Origin: Squalus acanthias
Taxonomy: Eukaryota
DNA: 64,000 bases
Assembly (NCBI GenBank): GCA_030390025.1
Contig: CM059432.1
Span: 21,206,001 to 21,270,000, forward strand
Direction: 5' to 3'
The notes under the pieces were generated by a model. It was not told the origin of the DNA. It saw only the letters and a program-made list of their open reading frames with translations, and ran no database searches. This document shows, piece by piece, positions 12,980-26,064 of the stretch (positions within the stretch are counted from its first letter, which is position 1; every line of letters starts with the position of its first letter). The position numbers and the translations under genes are program-made.

Positions 12980-15900
12980 TCCTCCCAATCGTAACATCCC
13001 TCCCTCCTCCCAATCGTTACATCCCTCCCTCCTCCCGATCGCAGTCTCTCTCCCTCCTCCCGATCGCGGGTTCTCTCTCCCTCCTCCCGATCGCGGGTTC
13101 TCTCTCCCTCCTCCCGATCGCAGTCTCTCTCCCTCCTCCCGATCGCGGGTTCTCTCTCCCTCCTCCCTATCGCGGGTTCTCTCTCCCTCCTCCCGATCGC
13201 AGTCTCTCTCCCTCCTCCCGATCGCGGGTTCTCTCTCCCTCCTCCCGATCCCGGGTTCTCTCCCTCCTCCCGATCGCAGTCTCTCTCCCTCCTCCTGATC
13301 GCGGGTTCTCTCTCCCTCCTCCCGATCCCGGGTTCTCTCTCCCTCCTCCCGATCCCGGGTTCTGTCCCTCCTCCCGATCCCGGGTTTTCTCCCTCCTCCC
13401 GATCGCGGCCTCTCTCCCTCCTCCCGATCGCGGGTTCTCTCTCCCTCCTCCCGATCCCGGGTTCTCTCTCCCTCCTCCCGATCCCGGGTTCTGTCCCTCC
13501 TCCCGATCCCGGGTTCTCTCTCCCTCCTCCCGATCCCGGGTTCTCTCTCCCTCCTCCCGATCCCGGGTTCTCTCCCTCCTCCCGATCCCGGGTTCTGTCG
13601 CTCCTCCCGATCCCGGGTTTTCTCCCTCCTCCCGATCCGGGTTTTCTCCCTCCTCCCGATCGCGGCCTCTCTCCCTCCTCCCGATCGCGGGTTCTCTCTC
13701 CCCTCCTCCCGATCCCGGGTTCTCTCTCCCTCCTCCCGATCCCGGGTTTTCTCCCTCCTCCTGATCGCGGCCTCTCTCCCTCCTCCCGATCGCGGTTTCT
13801 CTCTCCCTCCTCCCGATCCCGGGTTCTCTCTCCCTCCTCCTGATCGCGGCCTCTCTCCCTCCTCCCGATCGCGGGTTCTCTCTCCCTCCTCCCGATCCCG
13901 GGTTCTCTCTCCCTCCTCCCGATCGTGGGTTCACTCCCTCCTCCCAATCCCGGGTTCTCTCTCCCTCCTCCGATCGCGGTATCTCTCCCTCCTCCGATCC
14001 CGGGTTCTCTCTCCCTCCTCCCGATCGCGGTCTCTCTCCCTCCTCCCGATCGCGGGTTCTCTCTCCTCCTCCGATCGCGGGGTTCTCTCTCCCTCCTCCG
14101 ATCCCGGTACTCCAAGCTTCTCTCACCCTCCTCCCGATCGCAGTCTTTCTCCCTCCTCCCGAACGCAGTCTCTCTCCCTCCTCCCGATCCCGTGTTCTCT
14201 CCCTCCTCCCGATCCCGGGTTCTCTCTCCCTCCTCCCGATCGCAGTCTCTCTCCCTCCTCCCGATCGCAGTCTCTCTCCCTCCTCCCGATCACAGTCTCT
14301 CTTCCTCCTCCCGGTCCCGGGTTCTCTCCCTCCTCCCGATCCCGGGTTCTCTCCATCCTCCCGATCCCGGGTTCTCTCCCTCCTCCCGATCGCGGGTTCT
14401 CTCCCTCCTCTCGATCCCGAGTTCTCTCCCTCCTCCCGATCCCGGGTTCTCTCTCCCTCCTCCCGATCGCAGTCTCTCTCCCTCCTCCCGATCTCGGGTT
14501 CTCTCGCTCCTCCCGATCCCGGGTTCTCTCCCTCCTCCCGATCCCGGGTTCTCTCTCCCTCCTCCCGATCGCAGTCTCTCTCCCTCCTCCCGATCGCGGG
14601 TTCTCTCTCCCTCCTCCTGATCGCAGTCTCTCTCCCTCCTCCCGATCCCGGGTTCTCTCCCTCCTCCCGATCGCGGGTTCTCTCTCCCTCCTCCCGATCG
14701 CGGGTTCTCTCTCCCTCCTCCCGATTCCGGGTTCTCTCTCCCTCCTCCCGATCGCGGGTTCTCTCTCTTCTCCTCCCGATCGCGGGTTCTCTCCCTCCTC
14801 CCGATCCCGGGTTCTCTCTCCCTCCTCCCGATCCCGGGTTCTCTCTCCCTCCTCCTGATCGCGGGTTCTCTCTCCCTCCTCCCGATCGCAGTCTCTCTCC
14901 CTCCTCCCGATCGCGGGTTCTCTCCCTCCTCCCGATCCCGGGTTCTCTCTCCCTCCTCCCGATCCCGGTTTCTCTCTCCCTCCTCCTGATCCCGGGTTCT
15001 CTCTCCCTCCTCCCGATCCCGGGTTCTCTCCCTCCTCCCGATCCCGGGTTCTCTCTCCCTCCTCCCGATCGCAGTCTCTCTCCCTCCTCCCGATCCCGGG
15101 TTCTCTCTCCCTCCTCCCGATCGCGGGTTCTCTCCCTCCTCCCGATCCCGGGTTCTCTCTCCCTCCTCCCGATCCCGGGTTCTCTCCCTCCTCCCGATCG
15201 CGGGTTCTCTCTCCCTCCTCCCGATCGCGGGTTCTCTCCCTCCTCCCGATCCCGGGTTCTCTCTCCCTCCTCCCGATCCCGGGTTCTCTCCCTCCTCCCG
15301 ATCCCGGGTTCTCTCCCTCCTCCCGATCCCGGGTTCTCTCCCTCCTCCCGATCCCGGGTTCTCTCTCCCTCCTCCTGATCGCAGCCTCTCTCCCTCCTCC
15401 CGATCGCGGGTTCTCTCCCTCCTCCCGATCCCGGGTTCTCTCTCCCTCCTCCCAATCCCGGGTTCTCTCCCTCCTCCCGATCCCGGGTTCTCTCCCTCCT
15501 CCCGATCCCGGGTTCTCTCCCTCCTCCCGATCCCGGGTTCTCTCCCTCCTCCCGATCCCGGGTTCTCTCTCCCTCCTCCCGATCCCGGGTTCTCTCTCCC
15601 TCCTCCCGATCGCAGTCTCTCTCCCTCCTCCCGATCGCGGTCTTTCTCCCTCCTCCTGATCGCGGGTTCTCTCTCCCTCCTCCCGATCGCGGGTTCTCTC
15701 TTCCTCCTCCCGATCGCGGGTTCTCTCTCCCTCCTCCCGATCGCAGCCTCTCTCCCTCCTCCCGATCACGTGTTCTCTCCCTCCTCCCGATCGCGTGTTA
15801 TCTCTCTCCTCCCAATCGCGTGTTCTCTCCCGCCTCCCGATCCCGGATTCTCTCCCTCCTCCCGATCGCGGGGTCTCTCTCCCTCCTCCCGATCGCGTGT

Positions 15901-18900
15901 TCTCTCCCTCCTCCCGATCGCGGGTTCTCTCTCCATCCTCCTGATCGCGGGTTCTCTCTCCCTCCTCCCGATCGCGGGTTCTCTCCCTCCTCCCGATCGC
16001 AGTCTCTCTCCCTCCTCCCGATCGCAGTCTCTCTCCCTCCTCCCGATCACAGTCTCTCTTCCTCCTCCCGGTCCCGGGTTCTCTCCCTCCTCCCGATCCC
16101 GGGTTCTCTCCATCCTCCCGATCCCGGGTTCTCTCCCTCCTCCCGATCGCGGGTTCTCTCCCTCCTCTCGATCCCGAGTTCTCTCCCTCCTCCCGATCCC
16201 GGGTTCTCTCTCCCTCCTCCCGATCGCAGTCTCTCTCCCTCCTCCCGATCTCGGGTTCTCTCGCTCCTCCCGATCCCGGGTTCTCTCCCTCCTCCCGATC
16301 CCGGGTTCTCTCTCCCTCCTCCCGATCGCAGTCTCTCTCCCTCCTCCCGATCGCGGGTTCTCTCTCCCTCCTCCTGATCGCAGTCTCTCTCCCTCCTCCC
16401 GATCCCGGGTTCTCTCCCTCCTCCCGATCGCGGGTTCTCTCTCCCTCCTCCCGATCGCGGGTTCTCTCTCCCTCCTCCCGATTCCGGGTTCTCTCTCCCT
16501 CCTCCCGATCGCGGGTTCTCTCTCTTCTCCTCCCGATCGCGGGTTCTCTCCCTCCTCCCGATCCCGGGTTCTCTCTCCCTCCTCCCGATCCCGGGTTCTC
16601 TCTCCCTCCTCCTGATCGCGGGTTCTCTCTCCCTCCTCCCGATCGCAGTCTCTCTCCCTCCTCCCGATCGCGGGTTCTCTCCCTCCTCCCGATCCCGGGT
16701 TCTCTCTCCCTCCTCCCGATCCCGGTTTCTCTCTCCCTCCTCCTGATCCCGGGTTCTCTCTCCCTCCTCCCGATCCCGGGTTCTCTCCCTCCTCCCGATC
16801 CCGGGTTCTCTCTCCCTCCTCCCGATCGCAGTCTCTCTCCCTCCTCCCGATCCCGGGTTCTCTCTCCCTCCTCCCGATCGCGGGTTCTCTCCCTCCTCCC
16901 GATCCCGGGTTCTCTCTCCCTCCTCCCGATCCCGGGTTCTCTCCCTCCTCCCGATCGCGGGTTCTCTCTCCCTCCTCCCGATCGCGGGTTCTCTCCCTCC
17001 TCCCGATCCCGGGTTCTCTCTCCCTCCTCCCAATCCCGGGTTCTCTCCCTCCTCCCGATCCCGGGTTCTCTCCCTCCTCCCGATCCCGGGTTCTCTCCCT
17101 CCTCCCGATCCCGGGTTCTCTCTCCCTCCTCCTGATCGCAGCCTCTCTCCCTCCTCCCGATCGCGGGTTCTCTCCCTCCTCCCGATCCCGGGTTCTCTCT
17201 CCCTCCTCCCAATCCCGGGTTCTCTCCCTCCTCCCGATCCCGGGTTCTCTCCCTCCTCCCGATCCCGGGTTCTCTCCCTCCTCCCGATCCCGGGTTCTCT
17301 CCCTCCTCCCGATCCCGGGTACTCTCTCCCTCCTCCCGATCCCGGGTTCTCTCTCCCTCCTCCCGATCGCAGTCTCTCTCCCTCCTCCCGATCGCGGTCT
17401 TTCTCCCTCCTCCTGATCGCGGGTTCTCTCTCCCTCCTCCCGATCGCGGGTTCTCTCTTCCTCCTCCCGATCGCGGGTTCTCTCTCCCTCCTCCCGATCG
17501 CAGCCTCTCTCCCTCCTCCCGATCACGTGTTCTCTCCCTCCTCCCGATCGCGTGTTATCTCTCTCCTCCCGATCGCGTGTTCTCTCCCGCCTCCCGATCC
17601 CGGATTCTCTCCCTCCTCCCGATCGCGGGGTCTCTCTCCCTCCTCCCGATCGCGTGTTCTCTCCCTCCTCCCGATCGCGGGTTCTCTCTCCATCCTCCTG
17701 ATCGCGGGTTCTCTCTCCCTCCTCCCGATCGCGGGTTCTCTCCCTCCTCCCGATCGCGGGTTCTCTCTCCCTCCTACCGATCACAGTCTCTCTCCCTCCT
17801 CCCGATCCCGGGTTCTCTCCCTCCTCCCGATCGCGGGTTCTCTCCCTCCTCCCGATCGCGGGTTCTCTCCCTCCTCCCGATCCCGGGTTCTCTCTCCCTC
17901 CTCCCGGTCCCGGGTTCTCTCTCCCTCCTCCCGATCGCAGTCTCTCTCCCTCCTCCCGATCGCGGGGTCTCTCTCCCTCCTCCCGATCGCGGGTTCTCTC
18001 TCCCTCCTCCCGATCGCAGCCTCTCTCCCTCCTCCCGATCGCGTGTTCTCTCCCTCCTCCCGATCGCGTGTTCTCTCCCTCCTCCCGATCGCGTGTTCTC
18101 TCCCTCCTCCCGATCGCGTGTTCTCTCCCTCCTCCCGATCCCGGGTTCTCTCTCCCTCCTCCCGATCCCGGGTTCTCTCTCCCTCCTCCCGATCGCGTGT
18201 TCTCTCCCTCCTCCCGATCGCAGTCTCTCTCCCTCCTCCCGATCACAGTCTCTCTCCCTCCTCCCGATCCCGGGTTCTCTCCCTCCTCCTGATCGCAGTC
18301 TCTCTCCCTCCTACCGATCACAATCTCTCTCCCTCCTCCCGATCCCGGGTTCTCTCCCTCCTCCCGATCGCAGTCTCTCTCCCTCCTCCTGATCGCGGGT
18401 TCTCTCTCCCTCCTCCCGATCCCGGGTTCTCTCTCCCTCCTCCCGATCCCGGGTTCTCTCCCTCCTCCCGATCGCGGCCTCTCTCCCTCCTCCCGATCGC
18501 GGGTTCTCTCTCCCTCCTCCCGATCCCGGGTTCTCTCTCCCTCCTCCCGATCCCGGGTTCTGTCCCTCCTCCCGATCCCGGGTTTTCTCCCTCCTCCCGA
18601 TCGCGGCCTCTCTCCCTCCTCCCGATCGCGGTTTCTCTCTCCCTCCTCCCGATCCCGGGTTCTCTCTCCCTCCTCCCGATCGCGGCCTCACTCCCTCCTC
18701 CCGATCGCGGGTTCTCTCTCCCTCCTCCCGATCCCGGGTTCTCTCTCCCTCCTCCCGATCGTGGGTTCTCTCCCTCCTCCCGATCCCGGGTTCTCTCTCC
18801 CTCCTCCCGATCGCGGTATCTCTCCCTCCTCCCGATCCCGGGTTCTCTCTCCCTCCTCCCGATCGCGGTCTCTCTCCCTCCTCCCGATCGCGGGTTCTCT

Positions 18901-21900
18901 CTCCCTCCTCCCGATCCCGGGTTCTCTCCCTCCTCCCGATCGCAGTCTCTCTCCCTCCACCCAATCGCGGGTTCTCTCACCCTCCTCCCGATCGCAGTCT
19001 TTCTCCCTCCTCCCGATCGCAGTCTCTCTCCCTCCTCCCGATCCCGTGTTCTCTCCCTCCTCCCGATCCCGGGTTCTCTCTCCCTCCTCCCGATCGCAGT
19101 CTCTCTCCCTCCTCCCGATCGCAGTCTCTCTCCCTCCTCCCGATCACAGTCTCTCTTCCTCCTCCCGGTCCCGGGTTCTCTCCCTCCTCCCGATCCCGGG
19201 TTCTCTCCATCCTCCCGATCCCGGGTTCTCTCCCTCCTCCCGATCGCGGGTTCTCTCCCTCCTCTCGATCCCGAGTTCTCTCCCTCCTCCCGATCCCGGG
19301 TTCTCTCTCCCTCCTCCCGATCGCAGTCTCTCTCCCTCCTCCCGATCTCGGGTTCTCTCGCTCCTCCCGATCCCGGGTTCTCTCCCTCCTCCCGATCCCG
19401 GGTTCTCTCTCCCTCCTCCCGATCGCAGTCTCTCTCCCTCCTCCCGATCGCGGGTTCTCTCTCCCTCCTCCCGATCGCAGTCTCTCTCCCTCCTCCCGAT
19501 CCCGGGTTCTCTCCCTCCTCCCGATCGCGGGTTCTCTCTCCCTCCTCCCGATCGCGGGTTCTCTCTCCCTCCTCCCGATTCCGGGTTCTCTCTCCCTCCT
19601 CCCGATCGCGGGTTCTCTCTCTTCTCCTCCCGATCGCGGGTTCTCTCCCTCCTCCCGATCCCGGGTTCTCTCTCCCTCCTCCCGATCCCGGGTTCTCTCT
19701 CCCTCCTCCTGATCGCGGGTTCTCTCTCCCTCCTCCCGATCGCAGTCTCTCTCCCTCCTCCCGATCGCGGGTTCTCTCCCTCCTCCCGATCCCGGGTTCT
19801 CTCTCCCTCCTCCCGATCCCGGTTTCTCTCTCCCTCCTCCTGATCCCGGGTTCTCTCTCCCTCCTCCCGATCCCGGGTTCTCTCCCTCCTCCCGATCCCG
19901 GGTTCTCTCTCCCTCCTCCCGATCGCAGTCTCTCTCCCTCCTCCCGATCCCGGGTTCTCTCTCCCTCCTCCCGATCGCGGGTTCTCTCCCTCCTCCCGAT
20001 CCCGGGTTCTCTCTCCCTCCTCCCGATCCCGGGTTCTCTCCCTCCTCCCGATCGCGGGTTCTCTCTCCCTCCTCCCGATCGCGGGTTCTCTCCCTCCTCC
20101 CGATCCCGGGTTCTCTCTCCCTCCTCCCAATCCCGGGTTCTCTCCCTCCTCCCGATCCCGGGTTCTCTCCCTCCTCCCGATCCCGGGTTCTCTCCCTCCT
20201 CCCGATCCCGGGTTCTCTCTCCCTCCTCCTGATCGCAGCCTCTCTCCCTCCTCCCGATCGCGGGTTCTCTCCCTCCTCCCGATCCCGGGTTCTCTCTCCC
20301 TCCTCCCAATCCCGGGTTCTCTCCCTCCTCCCGATCCCGGGTTCTCTCCCTCCTCCCGATCCCGGGTTCTCTCCCTCCTCCCGATCCCGGGTTCTCTCCC
20401 TCCTCCCGATCCCGGGTTCTCTCTCCCTCCTCCCGATCCCGGGTTCTCTCTCCCTCCTCCTGATCCCGGGTTCTCTCTCCCTCCTCCCGATCCCGGGTTC
20501 TCTCCCTCCTCCCGATCCCGGGTTCTCTCTCCCTCCTCCCGATCGCAGTCTCTCTCCCTCCTCCCGATCCCGGGTTCTCTCTCCCTCCTCCCGATCGCGG
20601 GTTCTCTCCCTCCTCCCGATCCCGGGTTCTCTCTCCCTCCTCCCGATCCCGGGTTCTCTCCCTCCTCCCGATCGCGGGTTCTCTCTCCCTCCTCCCGATC
20701 GCGGGTTCTCTCCCTCCTCCCGATCCCGGGTTCTCTCTCCCTCCTCCCAATCCCGGGTTCTCTCCCTCCTCCCGATCCCGGGTTCTCTCCCTCCTCCCGA
20801 TCCCGGGTTCTCTCTCCCTCCTCCCGATCCCGGGTTCTCTCTCCCTCCTCCTGATCGCAGCCTCTCTCCCTCCTCCCGATCGCGGGTTCTCTCCCTCCCT
20901 CCCGATCCCGGGTTCTCTCTCCCTCCTCCCAATCCCGGGTTCTCTCCCTCCTCCCGATCCCGGGTTCTCTCCCTCCTCCCGATCCCGGGTTCTCTCCCTC
21001 CTCCCGATCCCGGGTTCTCTCCCTCCTCCCGATCCCGGGTTCTCTCTCCCTCCTCCGATCCCGGGTTCTCTCTCCCTCCTCCCGATCGCAGTCTCTCTCC
21101 CTCCTCCCGATCGCGGTCTTTCTCCCTCCTCCTGATCGCGGGTTCTCTCTCCCTCCTCCCGATCGCGGGTTCTCTCTTCCTCCTCCCGATCGCGGGTTCT
21201 CTCTCCCTCCTCCCGATCGCAGCCTCTCTCCCTCCTCCCGATCACGTGTTCTCTCCCTCCTCCCGATCGCGTGTTATCTCTCTCCTCCCGATCGCGTGTT
21301 CTCTCCCGCCTCCCGATCCCGGATTCTCTCCCTCCTCCCGATCGCGGGGTCTCTCTCCCTCCTCCCGATCGCGTGTTCTCTCCCTCCTCCCGATCGCGGG
21401 TTCTCTCTCCATCCTCCTGATCGCGGGTTCTCTCTCCCTCCTCCCGATCGCGGGTTCTCTCCCTCCTCCCGATCGCGGGTTCTCTCTCCCTCCTACCGAT
21501 CACAGTCTCTCTCCCTCCTCCCGATCCCGGGTTCTCTCCCTCCTCCCGATCGCGGGTTCTCTCCCTCCTCCCGATCGCGGGTTCTCTCCCTCCTCCCGAT
21601 CCCGGGTTCTCTCTCCCTCCTCCCGATCCCGGGTTCTCTCTCCCTCCTCCCGATCGCAGTCTCTCTCCCTCCTCCCGATCGCGGGGTCTCTCTCCCTCCT
21701 CCCGATCGCGGGTTCTCTCTCCCTCCTCCCGATCGCAGCCTCTCTCCCTCCTCCCGATCGCGTGTTCTCTCCCTCCTCCCGATCGCGTGTTCTCTCCCTC
21801 CTCCCGATCGCGTGTTCTCTCCCTCCTCCCGATCGCGTGTTCTCTCTCCCTCCTCCCAATCCCGGGTTCTCTCCCTCCTCCCGATCCCGGGTTCTCTCCC

Positions 21901-23870
21901 TCCTCCCGATCCCGGGTTCTCTCCCTCCTCCCGATCCCGGGTTCTCTCCCTCCTCCCGATCCCGGGTTCTCTCTCCCTCCTCCCGATCCCGGTTTCTCTC
22001 TCCCTCCTCCTGATCCCGGGTTCTCTCTCCCTCCTCCCGATCCCGGGTTCTCTCCCTCCTCCCGATCCCGGGTTCTCTCTCCCTCCTCCCGATCGCAGTC
22101 TCTCTCCCTCCTCCCGATCCCGGGTTCTCTCTCCCTCCTCCCGATCGCGGGTTCTCTCCCTCCTCCCGATCCCGGGTTCTCTCTCCCTCCTCCCGATCGC
22201 GGGTTCTCTCCCTCCTCCCGATCGCGGGTTCTCTCTCCCTCCTCCCGATCGCGGGTTCTCTCCCTCCTCCCGATCCCGGGTTCTCTCTCCCTCCTCCCAA
22301 TCCCGGGTTCTCTCCCTCCTCCCGATCCCGGGTTCTCTCCCTCCTCCCGATCCCGGGTTCTCTCCCTCCTCCCGATCCCGGGTTCTCTCTCCCTCCTCCT
22401 GATCGCAGCCTCTCTCCCTCCTCCCGATCGCGGGTTCTCTCCCTCCTCCCGATCCCGGGTTCTCTCTCCCTCCTCCCAATCCCGGGTTCTCTCCCTCCTC
22501 CCGATCCCGGGTTCTCTCCCTCCTCCCGATCCCGGGTTCTCTCCCTCCTCCCGATCCCGGGTTCTCTCCCTCCTCCCGATCCCGGGTTCTCTCTCCCTCC
22601 TCCCGATCCCGGGTTCTCTCTCCCTCCTCCCGATCGCAGTCTCTCTCCCTCCTCCCGATCCCGGGTTCTCTCTCCCTCCTCCCGATCCCGGGTTCTCTCT
22701 CCCTCCTCCTGATCGCGGGTTCTCTCTCCCTCCTCCCGATCGCAGTCTCTCTCCCTCCTCCCGATCGCGGGTTCTCTCCCTCCTCCCGATCCCGGGTTCT
22801 CTCTCCCTCCTCCCGATCCCGGTTTCTCTCTCCCTCCTCCCGATCGCAGTCTCTCTCCCTCCTCCCGATCGCGGTCTTTCTCCCTCCTCCTGATCGCGGG
22901 TTCTCTCTCCCTCCTCCCGATCGCGGGTTCTCTCTTCCTCCTCCCAATCGCGGGTTCTCTCTCCCTCCTCCCGATCGCAGCCTCTCTCCCTCCTCCCGAT
23001 CACGTGTTCGCTCCCTCCTCCCGATCGCGTGTTATCTCTCTCCTCCCGATCGCGTGTTCTCTCCCGCCTCCCGATCCCGGATTCTCTCCCTCCTCCCGAT
23101 CGCGGGGTCTCTCTCCCTCCTCCCGATCGCGTGTTCTCTCCCTCCTCCCGATCGCGGGTTCTCTCTCCATCCTCCTGATCGCGGGTTCTCTCTCCCTCCT
23201 CCCGATCGCGGGTTCTCTCCCTCCTCCCGATCGCGGGTTCTCTCTCCCTCCTACCGATCACAGTCTCTCTCCCTCCTCCCGATCCCGGGTTCTCTCCCTC
23301 CTCCCGATCGCGGGTTCTCTCCCTCCTCCCGATCGCGGGTTCTCTCCCTCCTCCCGATCCCGGGTTCTCTCTCCCTCCTCCCGATCCCGGGTTCTCTCTC
23401 CCTCCTCCCGATCGCAGTCTCTCTCCCTCCTCCCGATCGCGGGGTCTCTCTCCCTCCTCCCGATCGCGGGTTCTCTCTCCCTCCTCCCGATCGCAGCCTC
23501 TCTCCCTCCTCCCGATCGCGTGTTCTCTCCCTCCTCCCGATCGCGTGTTCTCTCCCTCCTCCCGATCGCGTGTTCTCTCCCTCCTCCCGATCGCGTGTTC
23601 TCTCCCTCCTCCCGATCCCGGGTTCTCTCTCCCTCCTCCCGTTCCGGGTTCTGTCCCTCCTCCCGATCCCGGGTTTTCTCCCTCCTCCCGATCGCGGCCT
23701 CTCTCCCTCCTCCCGATCGCGGGTTCTCTCTCCCTCCTCCCGATCGCAGTCTCTCTCCCTCCTCCCGATTGCGGTCTCTCTCCCTTCTCCCAATCGCGGT
23801 CTCTCTCCCTTCTCCCAATCGCAGTCTCTCTCCCTCCTCCCGATCAGGGTTCTCTCCCTGCTTCCGATTG
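12980..23870. repeat. ~10.9-kb tandem array of 22/24-bp units CCTCCTCCCGATC(C/G)CGGGTTCTCT(CT)C with variants and higher-order repeats
   Basis: Directly visible: roughly 470 units. Variant units include CGATCGCAGTCT, CGATCGCGTGTT and CGATCGCGGCCT; variant-unit blocks recur at kb spacing. Confidence 0.98.
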
Positions 23871-24926
23871 CTGGGACTGACTTCAATGAAGAATTAAAAT
23901 CGGACAGGTTGTAAAACCAGCGTTGCACCTAAACTTATCAGTTTCACGACGGGCGGGTTAGCTTAAGATTGCCTCATTATGTCAAGCTAACTTGTTTACA
24001 TGATAGAAAATGTTATATCATTTATCGCCAATTATAACTAATTGGTTCATTTAAGACTTTATCAGGTCTCATCTTCATTTGCTTTATGGGCTTAAAATAT
24101 CGTTAACCCTGAAGGGTCATGTTTCAGATGTAACTCGCCACAGAGCTCGAAGATTTTTTTTAAAAAAGTGACTAAATATACAAAGCTACCCTGAGGAAAA
24201 ACAGGTTAAATTGGAACGGTTCTAATTCCATGGAGTGATGCGCCGGTCTGTTCACATGCTGGGGAAAATGAGCTCGCAATCGCACTAACTGGATTTTGCC
24301 GCAGTGAAAAATGGCTTTTGTGAAAAAGGTCCTTGCAAATCAAACCGAGGTGGGAAACTGCAGGAGCAGCTCAGATGTCAGCTTGTAAAACACATTGGTG
24401 AGATCCTCATTTGGGGCTGCGCACAAGGGAATTTGAGCATCCAGCGACAGGACTGCAGGACATAAATTCTGCCACGATGTTCTTCACCTTAAGCACCAAG
24501 CAATACAGTCTGTGATTTTTTTTTTTGTTATTGCCCACCATTTACAGAAACGCAGGGAAGATAAGGACATTTTGTGCTGCAGCGTTATGTTGTCACCTGG
24601 GGAGGCAGGGCCATGACAAATCTTCACCAACTTGTTAAATGTGGGAATAAATAGCACAAGGTGAGACAAACATACATGATTTATTAAATCGTATAAATCA
24701 CGGTTGACTACAAGTCAGACGCTTCTATTCTGAGGGCCAAGTCAAAGATAGGCACACGCTAGGTCTATGACGAGACTAATGACTGGTTAAATAGAGACTT
24801 GGCTTTACCTTCGATGCTCGGTGGGGACGCGGCGTACAAAGGGTTAAGATCACGGCAGTGTGATCATCACCCTGTCCGGATTCAGCTTGCGCCACTCATT
24901 ATTTTTACCGGCGTGATTCAGGTAGT

Positions 24927-25665
24927 GGCCCCGATATTTCCGGGGAGGTGGGGAGGGTGCGGAGGAGTCCGAGGACACCGAGGTCCTGCCGAATTTAACA
25001 GCAAATTCAGCCTGACTGGCGGCCATGAGCTGAAACCGGTGGTTAAAAACTTAAATACGGCGAACGCGTCCCCAACACGGCGCGCGCACGTCCACCGCGC
25101 TTATTATGGCTGCTGATATCGGGGCGTCCAAGTGTCCCGCCATGGAGAGGCGGGTCACGACATTAGCATATTTCAATCGGGCTCACACAATGCAATTGGG
25201 AACGCAATTTAAAAATTCACCGCGGGTGCGTGGGGTTCCCATGGGTCGGGTGTTAATGGCCGCTCAAGGAAACTTTCATCCTCCCCCTTGCCGCAGTGGC
25301 CTCTCTCTCCCTCCAGCCCCGATCTCTCCCCCGTCGTGATAACCAATTTCCCCCCCTCCCAAACACCGATGGCCGACCCTCTCCCCTGCCGCAATGGCCG
25401 ACCTTCCTCCCCCACCCCCCCGCCCCCCGCCCCCCCCAACCCGATTACCGGGGACTGTCCCCAAGGGTCTCTAATTGCGGCCTCCTGCCGCTGAAAACGT
25501 AAGCTAATTTTTTTTTGTTAAATTGGTTTCCTTTAGGGCCAAGAGGAGGAGCAGGGAAATCTAGAGGCTCCCCTGCCCCGGGCTTCCCTCCCGCTGTGAT
25601 CGATGTGAACCCATTTCCCCACGACTTACCTCTGCTGAAACCCGGAAGTTAAAATTGCCCGGGCC
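24927..25665. mobile_element. GC-rich Harbinger-type MITE remnant(s)
   Basis: ggccccgatatt start; internal cccgatc/poly-C motifs and gccaagaggaggagcagg motifs resembling the other MITEs; boundaries uncertain. Confidence 0.45.
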
Positions 25666-26064
25666 TCATGTCGACAAGCCGGGTGCGAGCCTGACGCTTT
25701 CCACAGGTGAATTAGGAAAAAAACAGGTTTGAGGTAATTTTAGCTCATGAGCAGTGAAGTGAGTCAGTGAAATGGGCCTATATTCACTGGAGTTTAGAAG
25801 AATGTGAGGTGATCTCATTGAAACGTATAAAATTCTTAGAGGGCTTCACAGGGCAGATGCTGAGAGGATGTTTCCCCAGGCTGGAGAGCCTAGACCTAGG
25901 GGCCATAGTCTTAGGATAAGGGGTCGGCCATTTAGGACTGAGAAGAGGAGAGATTTCTTCACTCAGAGGGTTGTGAATCTTTGGAATTCTCTACCCCAGA
26001 GGGTTGTGGATGCTCAGTCGTTGAGTATATTCAAGACTGAGCTCGATAGATTTTTGGGCGCTAA

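Noticed and set aside
12980..23870. CRISPR-like repeat/spacer reading of the constant core plus variable slot
   Set aside because: The variable parts are only ~6-10 nt drawn from a few recurring variants; there are no unique spacers and no cas genes, and the context is eukaryotic.
12961..23928. Very long ORFs (up to 1647 aa, RERE/GGGR- or SPSS-rich) on both strands
   Set aside because: They are translations of a stop-poor tandem repeat, open in several frames on both strands, mostly from non-ATG starts, with no domain or exon evidence.
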